The notes below the pieces were generated by a model. That model searched no databases and was not told where the DNA came from. It was given only the letters and a program-made list of their open reading frames with translations. A program made the translations under genes and the position numbers. This document shows positions 36,863-47,330 of a DNA stretch of 64,000 nucleotides, one piece after another. Origin of the DNA: an uncultured Gammaproteobacteria bacterium (GTDB lineage: Bacteria; Patescibacteriota; Patescibacteriia; Patescibacteriales; UBA12465); the NCBI GenBank assembly GCA_964408775.1, contig CAYPAP010000002.1:65109-129108 (forward strand), read 5' to 3'. Positions within the stretch are counted from its first letter, which is position 1, and each line of letters starts with the position of its first letter.

Positions 36863-37906
36863 ATGGCCAGAATTATTGGACAGGGGTATTCTTTTGACGA
36901 TGTTTTATTAGTCCCTAAATATAATAGAGTAAACTCTCGCAAAGAAGTTTCTTTTAGAACTATGGTTACTAAGAATCATTTTTTAGATATACCTTTCTTA
37001 GTCGCTAATATGGATACCGTTTGCGAAAGCAAAATGGCCATCACTATTGGTCGTATGGGTGGACTGGGAGTTATACATCGCTTCTTAACTATAGAGGATC
37101 AGGTTGAGGAGGTGAAAAAAGTTAAACAAGAAAAATTATTATCTGCTGTTGCTATTGGGGTCAAGGATTATGAAGATCGCGTCAAGGCCCTGAGCTCCGT
37201 TGGAGTTGATATTTTAGTTTTAGATGTAGCTCATGGACACTCTAAGAGAGTTGGAAAAACCTTGGACTATATTAAAGAAAATTATCCTAAAATCGATGTA
37301 ATAGTTGGTAATATTGCTACCAAGGACGCAGCAGAATATTTTATTAGTAAAAAAGCTGATGCGATAAAAGTTGGTATTGGTCCGGGCTCGATGTGTACGA
37401 CTAGGGTTATGGCTGGGGCAGGTGTTCCGCAAATCACTGCCATAATGGATGTTTATGAGGCTAGTCAGGGGAGAGTCCCTGTTTGCGCTGACGGTGGTAT
37501 TAGAGTTTCCGGTGATATTGTCAAGGCTATTGGGGCTGGGGCTGACACTGTCATGCTTGGGTCCTTGTTTTCTGGAACCGACGAAACTCCTGGAGGAATT
37601 ATTAAAAAAGATGGTAAAAAGTATAAAGAATATCGAGGAATGGCTAGTTATTTAGCTACTGTTAAAAAAATGGAATTAGATGGTAGAAAAGTGGAAGAGG
37701 TTGTTCATGTAGAAGGGGAGATCACCAAGGTTAAATATAAAGGATCCGTTATTCCAATTGTTAATAAACTACTAGGAGGCTTGGCTTCAGGCATGACTTA
37801 CGCTGGCGCTGACAATATTGAAAAAATAAAAGGTAAAGCTGATTTCATTTCTATTACTGGAGCTGGAATTAAAGAAAGCATTGCTCACGGCTTACTAAGT
37901 GATTAA
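36863..37906 (+). CDS. IMP dehydrogenase/GMP reductase family enzyme without a CBS subdomain (GMP-reductase-like)
   Basis: TIM-barrel motifs [15 protein letters not shown], the catalytic loop [11 protein letters not shown], and ADGGIR; 347 aa. Confidence 0.85.
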   Translation: MARIIGQGYSFDDVLLVPKYNRVNSRKEVSFRTMVTKNHFLDIPFLVANMDTVCESKMAITIGRMGGLGVIHRFLTIEDQVEEVKKVKQEKLLSAVAIGVKDYEDRVKALSSVGVDILVLDVAHGHSKRVGKTLDYIKENYPKIDVIVGNIATKDAAEYFISKKADAIKVGIGPGSMCTTRVMAGAGVPQITAIMDVYEASQGRVPVCADGGIRVSGDIVKAIGAGADTVMLGSLFSGTDETPGGIIKKDGKKYKEYRGMASYLATVKKMELDGRKVEEVVHVEGEITKVKYKGSVIPIVNKLLGGLASGMTYAGADNIEKIKGKADFISITGAGIKESIAHGLLSD

Positions 37907-37929
37907 AAATAATAATTAATTTTTATTTT

Positions 37930-38595
37930 ATGTTAATTTTGAGTGAAATAAAAAAGCATTCTGGTATTCAGGAGTGTATAAAAAAATCAGAGGATTATTT
38001 AAATTATTTGGGTTATACCGATCATGGTTTTCGTCATGTAAATATGGTGGCTGATAGGGCTAGAAGCTTGGCTAAAAATATGGGACTAAGTGTTAGAGAG
38101 CAAGAGCTTTGTGCTATTTCTGGTTATTGTCATGATATGGGAAATTTTTTACAACGTACAGATCATTGTTATACCGGAGCTATGCTTTTTTCTCAATTTT
38201 TCTTGGAAAAAACTGAAGATCGAGCTGGAGTTTTAGAGATAATGCAGGCTATTGCTAATCATGATGAACATAAATTTGAAATTATTAATAAGGTTGGGGC
38301 TATTTTAATTTTGGCTGATAAGTCTGACGTTCATCGTAGTCGGGTCAAGGACAAGAGTCCTAAAAACATTAAGGAGGATATCCATGATAGAGTAAATTAT
38401 TCGGTTATTGATTCTAGTTTTAAATTAAATAAGCCCAAAAAAGAAATAATTTTAAAATTAAAAGTTGATACTAAAGTTACGACCGTCATGGAATATTTTG
38501 AAATTTTTAATGAGCGCATGATTTTATGTCGCAAGGCAGCTGATTTTTTAGGTTACAATTTTGTTTTAATAATAAATAATTTTAAATTATCTTAA
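37930..38595 (+). CDS. HD-domain phosphohydrolase
   Basis: GFRHV...CHDMGN...NHD motifs; 221 aa. Confidence 0.75.
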   Translation: MLILSEIKKHSGIQECIKKSEDYLNYLGYTDHGFRHVNMVADRARSLAKNMGLSVREQELCAISGYCHDMGNFLQRTDHCYTGAMLFSQFFLEKTEDRAGVLEIMQAIANHDEHKFEIINKVGAILILADKSDVHRSRVKDKSPKNIKEDIHDRVNYSVIDSSFKLNKPKKEIILKLKVDTKVTTVMEYFEIFNERMILCRKAADFLGYNFVLIINNFKLS

Positions 38596-38618
38596 AATTA
38601 TTCTAATATTTTTTTATT

Positions 38619-39425
38619 ATGATAGGAGTTTTTGATTCAGGTGTTGGCGGTTTAACTGTTTTAAACCATTTATTAGTAGACCATCCTCAATACAATTATA
38701 TTTACTTAGGTGACAGTGCTAATGTTCCTTATGGTAATAAATCATCGGAAGTGATTTACGGCTACAGCAAGAAAGCCGTAGATTTTTTGTATTCCAAGGG
38801 TTGTAAATTAATAATAGTAGCCTGCAACAGTGCCTCAGCCCAGGCCTTGCGCCGTCTACAGCAGGAATATTTGCCCGAAAAATACCCCGAATTAAAAGTT
38901 TTAGGCGTTATTCGTCCGATAGTTGAGAAAATTACCTCTATTAAAAATATTAAAAAGGTTGGTATTATTGGCACCAAGGCCACCACAAACTCTAATATTT
39001 ATATTGATGAGATTAGCCCAATTAGGCCCGACATTAAAATATATCAAAAAGCAACCCCACTTTTAGTGCCGTTAATAGAGGAGGGTTGGGCTAAAAAACC
39101 AGAAACCAAAATGATTTTAAAAAAATATTTGAGAGAATTAAAAATGAAACAGGTTGAATCTCTAGTTTTAGCTTGTACTCATTATCCCTTTTTGTTAGCA
39201 GATATAAAAAGAATAATGGGAAAAAATTGTTTAATTTTTGATCCAGGAGAGGTCATCAGTGAAAAGCTAGGGGATTATATTAGCAGGCATCCAGAAATTA
39301 AATTAAAAACTAGTAAAAAAGGAAAATGTTTTTTTTACGCCACTGATAACTTGGAGGGTTTTGCAAATTCAGGTTTATTTTTTTTAGGAAAAAAATTAGA
39401 TAATTTGGAAAAAATTGATCTGTAA
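38619..39425 (+). CDS. murI: glutamate racemase
   Basis: GVFDSGVGGLTV, VACNSASA and LACTHYP catalytic Cys motifs. Confidence 0.93.
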   Translation: MIGVFDSGVGGLTVLNHLLVDHPQYNYIYLGDSANVPYGNKSSEVIYGYSKKAVDFLYSKGCKLIIVACNSASAQALRRLQQEYLPEKYPELKVLGVIRPIVEKITSIKNIKKVGIIGTKATTNSNIYIDEISPIRPDIKIYQKATPLLVPLIEEGWAKKPETKMILKKYLRELKMKQVESLVLACTHYPFLLADIKRIMGKNCLIFDPGEVISEKLGDYISRHPEIKLKTSKKGKCFFYATDNLEGFANSGLFFLGKKLDNLEKIDL

Positions 39426-40106
39426 TCACCACTTTTTAGTATCTAGCTTGTATCCTCGTCCTTTAATTGTGTGGATTAATTCTTTTTTATTTTTTGTTGG
39501 ATTTAATTTTCTTCTTAGTTTTAAGATGTGAGTTTCCACAGTATTAGAAAAAGGATCGGCATTAAAATCCCAAATATTCTCTAATAAGACTGCTCGAGGG
39601 ATAACCTTTCCTCTATTTTTTAGAAAAAACTCTAGCATCATCATCTCCTTGAAGGTTAAATAAATACTTTCCTTATCCCTAGCTGCCAGGTGACGATCTA
39701 TATCCACTGTTAGGTCGTCTATTCTATAAATAGAATTTTGAGCTTTGTTTGGTCTTCGCATCACGGCTTTAATGCGAGAGAGGAGTTCGCTGAAAATAAA
39801 AGGTTTGGTTATAAAGTCGTCGATTCCTAATTCAAAAAACTTTTCCCTAGTTTCGGGTTTTACATCTACGGTAATGACAATTATTTTTATATCCTTGTTT
39901 TCTTTCCGAACCTCTTTGATGATTTCCTGACCATTTTTATTTGGCAGGTTATAGTCAATAATTAATAGATCATAATGATTGGTTTGAAAAAGAAATAATC
40001 CTTTTTTACCATCGGAAGAGTAATCGGTCATGAAAATTTCTTTTTTTAAAGATGTCTTTAAAAGTCGGACGATTTCTTGGTCGTCTTCAATGATTAAAAG
40101 CTTCAT
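39426..40106 (-). CDS. OmpR/PhoB-family response regulator (no cognate kinase in the window)
   Basis: Receiver domain (LLIIEDD, DLLIIDYNLP, KP) plus a winged-helix C-terminus (TVETHILKLRRKL...IHTIKGRGYKL). Confidence 0.9.
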   Translation of the reverse strand: MKLLIIEDDQEIVRLLKTSLKKEIFMTDYSSDGKKGLFLFQTNHYDLLIIDYNLPNKNGQEIIKEVRKENKDIKIIVITVDVKPETREKFFELGIDDFITKPFIFSELLSRIKAVMRRPNKAQNSIYRIDDLTVDIDRHLAARDKESIYLTFKEMMMLEFFLKNRGKVIPRAVLLENIWDFNADPFSNTVETHILKLRRKLNPTKNKKELIHTIKGRGYKLDTKKW

Positions 40107-40275
40107 AGGCTTTTGCGGTTATTTTTATTAATTTTAAAAATTAACCGGATTAATTATAAGTTCTTATTTATTTTACAATATTAGGCTTAAAATTATTATA
40201 AACTTAACATAAATTTTAATTAAACTTATTTGATGGTTAAATCCTTGGTTCTGTATTCTTTTTTTATTTTTTTAT

Positions 40276-40304
40276 TTGTTATCCTATTTTTATTATGCTA
40301 TAAT
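40276..40304 (+). promoter_or_regulatory. promoter-like TTGTTA-17-TATAAT placed only 7 nt before the ATG (near-leaderless mRNA)
   Basis: TTGTTA at 40276-40281, TATAAT at 40299-40304, ATG at 40312. Confidence 0.35.
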
Positions 40305-40311
40305 TTACTAT

Positions 40312-41772
40312 ATGGACGAGGCCAAAAAGATAAATAATATCGCCAAAAACACATCATACTTAACGATAGCTCTAATTATTCAAAAAGTTCTATCTTTTTT
40401 TTATTTTGTTTTATTAGCCAGAAATCTAGGGCCAGAGTTTTTGGGTAAATATTATTTTGCTATTTCTTTTACCACTATTTTTGCTATTTTTATTGATCTG
40501 GGATTAGTTAACTATTTAACTCGAGAAACTGCCAAGCAAAAAGAAAGGGCTCCTAAACTACTATCAAATGTTCTGGGCTTTAAGGTTGTTTCCAGTGTTA
40601 TCTCGGTACTTGCGGTTATTTTGTTTATTAATATTTTAGGGGATTATGATGTCATGAGTCGCCAATTGGTTTATATCTCTGTTATTTGTATGGTTTTAGA
40701 TTCTTTTACTCTTACTTTTTTTGGCGCAATTAGAGGTTTCCATAATTTGAAATTTGAAAGCATTTCTTCAATTATATTCCAGCTCATAGTTCTTTCCTTG
40801 GGTTGGATTTTTTTAATTTTAAAAATGGATCTCAGAGTAATAATGCTATCACTGGTTACTGCTAGTTTATTTAATTTTGTTTACTCTTGGGCAATTCTCA
40901 AATACAAAATAAAGATGCCAATATTTTTGGCCTGGGATTTGGCTTTTATTAAAAAAATATTTGTAGTTAGCTTACCCTTTGCTTTATTTGGAATTTTTCA
41001 GAGATTGTATACCTACCTAGATTCAGTTTTGTTATCATTTTTTTCAGGTGATTACTATGTTGGAATTTATCAGATTTCTTTTAAGATAATTTTTGCCCTT
41101 CAGTTTTTACCCATGGCTTTTATTGCCTCGCTTTACCCAGCCATGAGTTATTATTGGTTGGAGAATAGGGAACAATTAGTTATTGCTTTCAGGCGCTCCA
41201 TTGATTATCTTTTATTAATATCAGTCCCAATTTCCTTGGCTGTCTTTATTTTATCCGACAAAATATTATTACTCTTTAATGATGGTTACGAAGACGCTAA
41301 TTGGCCTTTAAAAATTTCTATTTTAGCTCTAGTTTTTATCTTCCTTAATTTTCCAATAGGCTCGCTTCTAAATGCCTGCGACCGTCAATCTAGAAATACA
41401 CGCAATATGCTGACAACCTTGATTTCAGCTATTATTTTAAATATAATATTAATACCTAAATTTCAGGCTGTTGGAGCTTCAGTGGTTGTTTTGTTTAGCA
41501 ATTTCTTAATGTTTGTTCTGGGAATAATTGAGAGCCGAAAAATTATTAAGTATAGTTTTAAGAGTAATATCGTTAGTTTTTTAAAAATATTTTTAGCCTC
41601 TATTTTAATGGGTATTTTTATCTTTGCCCTTAAAGATATTGTAAATATATTTTTACTTTGCTTTTTAGCAATGATTGTTTATTTTTTATTAATTTTTGTT
41701 TTAGGTGGTATAAAAAAGGCTGATATTTTTTATGTTTTAAATTCTTTTAACAAGGGGCCTAAAAAAGTTTAG
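40312..41772 (+). CDS. oligosaccharide flippase (Wzx / MOP superfamily)
   Basis: About 14 TMs. N-terminal KNTSYLTIALIIQKVLSFFYFVLLARNLGPEFLGKY is typical of polysaccharide-biosynthesis flippases. The ATG at 40312 is preferred over the TTG at 40276. Confidence 0.85.
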   Translation: MDEAKKINNIAKNTSYLTIALIIQKVLSFFYFVLLARNLGPEFLGKYYFAISFTTIFAIFIDLGLVNYLTRETAKQKERAPKLLSNVLGFKVVSSVISVLAVILFINILGDYDVMSRQLVYISVICMVLDSFTLTFFGAIRGFHNLKFESISSIIFQLIVLSLGWIFLILKMDLRVIMLSLVTASLFNFVYSWAILKYKIKMPIFLAWDLAFIKKIFVVSLPFALFGIFQRLYTYLDSVLLSFFSGDYYVGIYQISFKIIFALQFLPMAFIASLYPAMSYYWLENREQLVIAFRRSIDYLLLISVPISLAVFILSDKILLLFNDGYEDANWPLKISILALVFIFLNFPIGSLLNACDRQSRNTRNMLTTLISAIILNIILIPKFQAVGASVVVLFSNFLMFVLGIIESRKIIKYSFKSNIVSFLKIFLASILMGIFIFALKDIVNIFLLCFLAMIVYFLLIFVLGGIKKADIFYVLNSFNKGPKKV

Positions 41773-41792
41773 AGAAAAAATCTAAGTAAAAT

Positions 41793-42887
41793 ATGAAATT
41801 TTTATTAACTACATTAGAATATTTTCCCTTCAAAGGTGGTGTCGCCAATTATTATACTAACTTAACTTATTATTGGCCCAAGAGTAGCGAATTATTTATT
41901 TTGAATAATAATAACAATGAGCTTTTATTTCGACGAGGAATTTTTCGTTGGCGTCGTGCTATATTTAAATTGTATCATTATATCAAAAAAAATAAAATTG
42001 ATCATGTTATTGTTGGCCATATTTTACCTTTAGGAATTGCTGTTTTTATTGTTAGTAAAATTATAAAAATTAAATATTCAGTGGTCTTGCATGGGATGGA
42101 CCTGTCTTATGCTACTAAAAATTGTCGCAAGAGATTTATTAGTCGTTTAATATTAAAAAGGGCTGATAAAATTATTGCAGCGAATTCTTACACTGCTATT
42201 ATGTGTTCTAATTTTTTAAAATCAGGACAAAAAATAATAGCGGTTAATCCGGGTGTTAAAGATTTTTCTGACTTTAGCGAGGAGCGAAATAGAGAAATAA
42301 GAGAAAAAAATAACTTAAATGGCCATAAGATATTATTTAGTTTAGGGCGATTGGTTAAACGCAAAGGTTTTGATAAAACAATTTTGGCTGTAAAAAAAAT
42401 ACTAGAAGATCAACCTGATTATGACTTAATTTATTTAATAGCCGGCAAGGGTCCGGATGAGGAATATTTAAAAGATTTAGCTGAGAAAGAATTAGGGAAT
42501 AATTGGAAGAAGTATATTAGGTTTATCGGAGAAATAAATGAGGGTGAAAAATGGTCTCTGTTTTCCCTGTGTGATGCTTTTATAATGCCATCGCGCAATA
42601 TTTCTGGTGACTTTGAGGGTTTTGGTATTGTTTATTTAGAGGCTAATTTAGCTAAAAAAGCGGTTATTGCTGGAAATAGTGGGGGAGTGCCCGATGCTGT
42701 AGAAAATGGTGTTAATGGCCTATTGGTTGACCCTGAGAATGTTAATGAAATTTCTCAGGCTATTTTAAGTCTCTTAAATAATGAAAGTTTGAGAAATAAA
42801 TTAGGAGAAAGAGGGCGCCAAAGAGCTCTAGATAATTTTAATTGGAGAGACAAAATTAATGATATTTATAATTTTTTAAATTTATAG
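41793..42887 (+). CDS. glycosyltransferase family 4
   Basis: MPSRNISGDFEGFGIVYLEANLAKKAVIAGNSGGVPDAV. Confidence 0.85.
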   Translation: MKFLLTTLEYFPFKGGVANYYTNLTYYWPKSSELFILNNNNNELLFRRGIFRWRRAIFKLYHYIKKNKIDHVIVGHILPLGIAVFIVSKIIKIKYSVVLHGMDLSYATKNCRKRFISRLILKRADKIIAANSYTAIMCSNFLKSGQKIIAVNPGVKDFSDFSEERNREIREKNNLNGHKILFSLGRLVKRKGFDKTILAVKKILEDQPDYDLIYLIAGKGPDEEYLKDLAEKELGNNWKKYIRFIGEINEGEKWSLFSLCDAFIMPSRNISGDFEGFGIVYLEANLAKKAVIAGNSGGVPDAVENGVNGLLVDPENVNEISQAILSLLNNESLRNKLGERGRQRALDNFNWRDKINDIYNFLNL

Positions 42888-42899
42888 TTTATACATTTT

Positions 42900-43601
42900 A
42901 TGATTTCAATAATAATTCCCGTTTATAATGGGGCAAAAACATTAGAGACTACTTTAAAAAGTATTGAGAATCAAACTTGGCGATATTTTGAGGTTATTAT
43001 TGTTAATGATGGTTCTAGGGACAATACTTCTGCTGTTTTTGAAAACTTTACTCAAAATAATAATTTGGAAAATAATTATTATTTTATTAATCAAGAAAAC
43101 AAAGGAGCTCCATCAGCTAGAAATAAAGGTTGGCAAAAATCAAAAGGAGATTTTTTATTTTTTTGTGATGCTGACTCTATTCTAAAACCAGATATTTTAG
43201 AAAAAATGATTAAAACCTTAGAGAGTAATAAAGAGGCTTCCTACGCCTACTCTTCCTTTTATTGGGGGAGTAAATTATTTAAATTATGGCCCTTTGATGC
43301 TGAAAAATTAAAAAAAATGCCCTATATTCACACCATGTCGCTTATTCGCCGATCCGATTTTCCCACAACGGGCTGGGATGAAAATATTAAAAAATTGCAG
43401 GACTGGGATTTGTGGCTAACAATGTTAGAGCAGGGTAAAACGGGGATATTTATTGATGAGGTTTTATTTAAGGTTCAGCCAGTTGGTAGTATTAGTTCTT
43501 GGTTGCCATCCTTTTTTTATAAGGTTTTTCCGTTTCTGCCAAAAGTCAAGGAGTATAGAAAGGCCGTTGAAATAATCAAGAAGAAACATAATTTAATATG
43601 A
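42900..43601 (+). CDS. glycosyltransferase family 2
   Basis: ISIIIPVYNG, VIIVNDGSRDNT and FCDADS (DxD) motifs. Confidence 0.88.
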   Translation: MISIIIPVYNGAKTLETTLKSIENQTWRYFEVIIVNDGSRDNTSAVFENFTQNNNLENNYYFINQENKGAPSARNKGWQKSKGDFLFFCDADSILKPDILEKMIKTLESNKEASYAYSSFYWGSKLFKLWPFDAEKLKKMPYIHTMSLIRRSDFPTTGWDENIKKLQDWDLWLTMLEQGKTGIFIDEVLFKVQPVGSISSWLPSFFYKVFPFLPKVKEYRKAVEIIKKKHNLI

Positions 43602-45112
43602 TTAATTTTAATTCCATTTTTAAACAAAGAAAAATAATTTTACTAGTTTTAGCCTCACTTATTGTGGTGGAATTTTTTTCTTTTTTATCTTATTATTTTT
43701 CCATCTTAAACTTGATTATTTTTTCTATTATTGTTTTGTTGTTCTTGGTTTTAGCAGTTTATAAGATAGAGTGGTCCTTTTATATTCTCTTAGCTGAACT
43801 TTTTAGTAATTCCATGGGCTATGCTTTTTACTTGGAGAGTGGTGGATTTAAATTATCTCTGCGCATTGCTTTGTGGTTAGTAATAATTGCAGTCTGGTTG
43901 GCTAAGTTTTTATTAGAAATATTTAAAAATAAAAAAGAGGTTTGGTTTAAATATAAAAAAATTCCATATTTTAAAAATTGGATTTATTTATTTTTCTTTA
44001 TAGCTTTAGGTCTGGTTATAGGAATAATAAAAAATGGCTTTAGCGATGCCTTTTTTGATTTTAATGCTTGGCTTTATTTTGCGCTGATTTTTCCTTTATG
44101 GCATATTGTCTCGGGTAATGATAAAGATATTTTTATAAAAAATGTTGTAAGTATTTTTTTAGGGGCTATCTTGTTTTTAATTTTTAAGTCATTTTTATTT
44201 TTATTTTTATTTTCTCATAACTTAGAGCCATTGATAGCTGATTTGTATTATTGGACCAGAAGATATTATCTGGGAGAAATAACAGCCATGGGCGGTGGTT
44301 TTTATCGAGTTTTTCTGCAATCTCAGATTTATATATTAATAGCTTTTTTAATATCAATTTCAGCTTGGATTTTTACAAAAAATAAAAAGGCCAAAATTTA
44401 TTTATTAGCCTTTCTTTCTTTATTAAATTTAATTTTAATATTAAGTTTTTCTCGTAGCTTTTGGTTAGCTGGATTTTTAACCCTAATCCTAATGTTTGTT
44501 GTTCTTTGGAGCAAGTTTGGTTTTAGAAAGATGTTAAATTCTTTTTTAATAACCTTATTAAGCTTTGTGATTGGATTTTCTTTAGTTTTGGGAATAGTAA
44601 AGTTTCCTTGGCCCAATTCTGAAGTTAAATTTAATTTAGACTCTTTATCTGAAAGGGCCAATGTTCGAGCCGAAGAGTCAGCCATATCATCTCGCTGGAC
44701 GTTATTGGAAATTTTACGCGACGATATATCGGATAATTTTTTGTTAGGCAGGGGATTTGGAGCTAGAGTGGAATATAAATCTAGCGATCCTCGAGTTTTA
44801 GAGCAAACAGCCGATGGTGTTTATTCGACTTACGCTTTTGAGTGGGGTTGGCTAGACATTTGGTTGAAGCTGGGGATATTAGGGATTTTGTCTTATGGTT
44901 TGTTAGTTTATTTGTTTATAAAAGATTTTTGGCAAAAGTTTAAAAGCAAAAATAATTTTATTTATCTAGGTTTGGGTTTAAGTATTTTGTCCTTGGTGGT
45001 AGTAAATTTTTTTACACCCTATTTAAATCATCCTCTGGGGATAGGATTTTTGATTTTGGCAGTTATTTTTTGGTTAAAAGAAAATTCTAAACCTTTCGAA
45101 AGCGAACATTAA
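43598..45112 (+). CDS. O-antigen ligase/polymerase-like (Wzy_C) membrane protein
   Basis: 504 aa polytopic protein. SFSRSFWLAGFL, then a periplasmic-loop segment with R/E residues. ATGA overlap with the GT2 gene. Confidence 0.75.
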   Translation: MINFNSIFKQRKIILLVLASLIVVEFFSFLSYYFSILNLIIFSIIVLLFLVLAVYKIEWSFYILLAELFSNSMGYAFYLESGGFKLSLRIALWLVIIAVWLAKFLLEIFKNKKEVWFKYKKIPYFKNWIYLFFFIALGLVIGIIKNGFSDAFFDFNAWLYFALIFPLWHIVSGNDKDIFIKNVVSIFLGAILFLIFKSFLFLFLFSHNLEPLIADLYYWTRRYYLGEITAMGGGFYRVFLQSQIYILIAFLISISAWIFTKNKKAKIYLLAFLSLLNLILILSFSRSFWLAGFLTLILMFVVLWSKFGFRKMLNSFLITLLSFVIGFSLVLGIVKFPWPNSEVKFNLDSLSERANVRAEESAISSRWTLLEILRDDISDNFLLGRGFGARVEYKSSDPRVLEQTADGVYSTYAFEWGWLDIWLKLGILGILSYGLLVYLFIKDFWQKFKSKNNFIYLGLGLSILSLVVVNFFTPYLNHPLGIGFLILAVIFWLKENSKPFESEH

Positions 45113-45437
45113 AGATGGGTTCGTATTTGTTTTGGTATTCGTCAATTATTTCCACCATTTCTCCTTTTAAAATTTTACTGAGAGTGGCCTGATTTAATAT
45201 TTCCTTATCAGATTCAATATCTACTTTAATAGCATGGAGCTTGTCCATTTCTTCTCGCAACTCACTTTTTAATGTTTCTTCAATTTTTTTCTTTTTATTT
45301 TTAATAGAGTCTAGTTCTTCTAAGATATTTTGATATTCCTGAGAGTTCGCAATAACATCACGGTATATTTGTCTAATGACTTTTTGTTCTTTTTGTTTTT
45401 CTTTGATCTTGTCAAAAATTTCTTGAGCGTTAACCAT
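45087..45437 (-). CDS. hypothetical coiled-coil protein
   Basis: 116 aa, Lys/Glu heptad-rich. Its 3' end overlaps the convergent ligase gene by 26 nt. Confidence 0.5.
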   Translation of the reverse strand: MVNAQEIFDKIKEKQKEQKVIRQIYRDVIANSQEYQNILEELDSIKNKKKKIEETLKSELREEMDKLHAIKVDIESDKEILNQATLSKILKGEMVEIIDEYQNKYEPIFNVRFRKV

Positions 45438-45521
45438 AATTTTAAAATATTAATTTTAGTAATAGAGATAATATACACTAAAAAAATATTTAAGTAAAAT
45501 AATTAATTCATTTTATTTTTT

Positions 45522-46145
45522 ATGCTTCGCATTATTGCCTTTACAACCATGGCCATTGATCACATTGGTCTAATATTTTTTCCACAATTTATAATTTTTA
45601 GAATTATAGGCAGGATTGCTATGCCTTTATTTGCCTTCAGTATCGCCGAGGGTTATGTCAGAACTAGAAATGTTGATAAATATGGGCAAAGAATTTTATT
45701 ATTGGCTTTAATTTCTCAGCCAATTTTTTTTCTTCTTTTTGATAACAATACTTTAAATATATGTTTTACTCTTTTTGTTGGTTTAGCTAGTATTTATATT
45801 TATGATAAAGCTAAAAACTGGACTCTTAAAATTCTTGGAATTTTGTTTTTATTAATATTTTCTACTTTTTTCAATTTAGAATACGGAGCTTACGGCGTAT
45901 TAATGATTTTACTTTTTTATATTTTTAGGAATAATATTTACCTTTTAATAGCTCAGTCGTTGTTAATATTTACCTTTGTTCTAACTGATTTTACTCAAGT
46001 TATTAATATTTTTGCTATTTTAGCTATATTTTTAGCTCATTATTTCAAAAAACACGATTTTAGATTAAATAGATACCTTCAATATTGGTTTTATCCGGCT
46101 CATTTATTGGTAATTTACATAGTTTATCTGTTAATAGGCTCATAA
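45522..46145 (+). CDS. TraX-family membrane protein
   Basis: LRIIAFTTMAIDHIGLIFF...IGRIAMPLFAFSIAEG. Confidence 0.75.
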   Translation: MLRIIAFTTMAIDHIGLIFFPQFIIFRIIGRIAMPLFAFSIAEGYVRTRNVDKYGQRILLLALISQPIFFLLFDNNTLNICFTLFVGLASIYIYDKAKNWTLKILGILFLLIFSTFFNLEYGAYGVLMILLFYIFRNNIYLLIAQSLLIFTFVLTDFTQVINIFAILAIFLAHYFKKHDFRLNRYLQYWFYPAHLLVIYIVYLLIGS

Positions 46146-46241
46146 AAGTAGTAAAACAACTGAAAGCCTTGTTTTTCTTGCCATTTTCTAAATATTAGTG
46201 TATTATTATAAGAATTAAAATAAATAATTAAGCAAAAAATT

Positions 46242-46706
46242 ATGAACGATCAAATCATGACCCAAGAGGGATATGACAAATTAAAAAATGAGTTAGATTA
46301 TTTAACTAAGGTTAAGCGCAAGGAGATTGCCGAGAGAATTGAGAGAGCTAAAGAGCTAGGAGATTTGAGCGAAAATGCTGAATATAGCGAGGCTAAGGAC
46401 GCACAAGCGCTAAATGAGGGCAGGGTTTTAGAATTAGCTGGCATCTTAAAAAATGTTACTGTGGTTAATAGTGTTAATGATAGCAGAAAAGGTGAGGTTG
46501 ATATGGGGTCTACAGTAAAAGTATTGGTTAATGGCAAGGAAAAGGAGTATATGTTGGTAAGTTTTAATGAAGCTGATCCGTTAAATGGTAAAATTTCCAA
46601 TGAATCACCCCTAGGTATGGCATTTTTGGGGAAGAAAAAAGGTGAGGAGGTATTAGTAGAAACTCCTAGAGGTGAGTTTAAATACAAGATTCTAGATGTA
46701 AAATAA
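46242..46706 (+). CDS. greA: transcription elongation factor GreA
   Basis: LTKVKRKEIAERIERAKELGDLSENAEYSEAKD and a C-terminal SNESPLGMAFLGKKKGEEV. Confidence 0.93.
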   Translation: MNDQIMTQEGYDKLKNELDYLTKVKRKEIAERIERAKELGDLSENAEYSEAKDAQALNEGRVLELAGILKNVTVVNSVNDSRKGEVDMGSTVKVLVNGKEKEYMLVSFNEADPLNGKISNESPLGMAFLGKKKGEEVLVETPRGEFKYKILDVK

Positions 46707-46745
46707 TTTTTATTAATAAAACTAAAAAATATTAAGAAAATTAAT

Positions 46746-47150
46746 ATGGATAATTGTATTTTTTGTAAAATTATTAATAAGGAAGTTGAATCTAATATTG
46801 TTTATGAAGATGCTAATGTCCTGGCCTTTTTGGATAATAATCCAATAAGTTTGGGGCATGTTTTAATTGTACCTAAAAAGCATTTTGTTAATGTTTATGA
46901 TATTGAAGAGGGTAGTTTGAAGGAAATAATAGTGGCAGCTAAAAAAATTGCTTTAACTTATAAAGAGGTTTTTGGGATTACTGACCTTAATCTATTACAT
47001 AATGCCGGCAGTAATGGTCAACAAGCTGTTTTTCATTTTCACCTTCATTTAATTCCGAGGAAAGAGGGTGATGATGTGGATTTTGATAATAAGAAATTTC
47101 CGGAATTGAAGGAGAGATATTCGGAGTTTATTGAGAAGTTGAAAGTTTAG
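46746..47150 (+). CDS. HIT-family nucleotide hydrolase
   Basis: CIFCKII and the histidine triad HFHLHLIP. Confidence 0.9.
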   Translation: MDNCIFCKIINKEVESNIVYEDANVLAFLDNNPISLGHVLIVPKKHFVNVYDIEEGSLKEIIVAAKKIALTYKEVFGITDLNLLHNAGSNGQQAVFHFHLHLIPRKEGDDVDFDNKKFPELKERYSEFIEKLKV

Positions 47151-47225
47151 AAATATACCGCCTTCCTCAAGGCTTCGGCGTATTACAAGTCGCCTGCGCT
47201 ACTTTGTAGCTACGGCGTGTTATAA

Positions 47226-47296
47226 TCGGGGATCGTCTAATGGTAGGACTGCAGGTTCTGGTCCTGTATATCTGGGTTCGAATCCTAGTCCCCGAG
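47226..47296 (+). tRNA. tRNA-Gln(CUG)
   Basis: Acceptor TCGGGGA/TCCCCGA (U1-A72), D arm GTCT-AATGGTA-GGAC, anticodon stem GCAGG/CCTGT with loop TTCTGGT (CTG), T arm CTGGG-TTCGAAT-CCTAG, discriminator G. No encoded CCA. Confidence 0.93.
47279..47296 (+). repeat. direct repeat copy 1 (the 3' end of tRNA-Gln)
   Basis: CGAATCCTAGTCCCCGAG, identical to 47482-47499. Confidence 0.95.
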
Positions 47297-47302
47297 CGAG
47301 TG

Positions 47303-47328
47303 AAAAAACACCCTTTGGGGTGTTTTTT
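47303..47328 (+). terminator. terminator after tRNA-Gln
   Basis: ACACCC-TTTG-GGGTGT followed by TTTTT. Confidence 0.75.
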
Positions 47329-47330
47329 GC

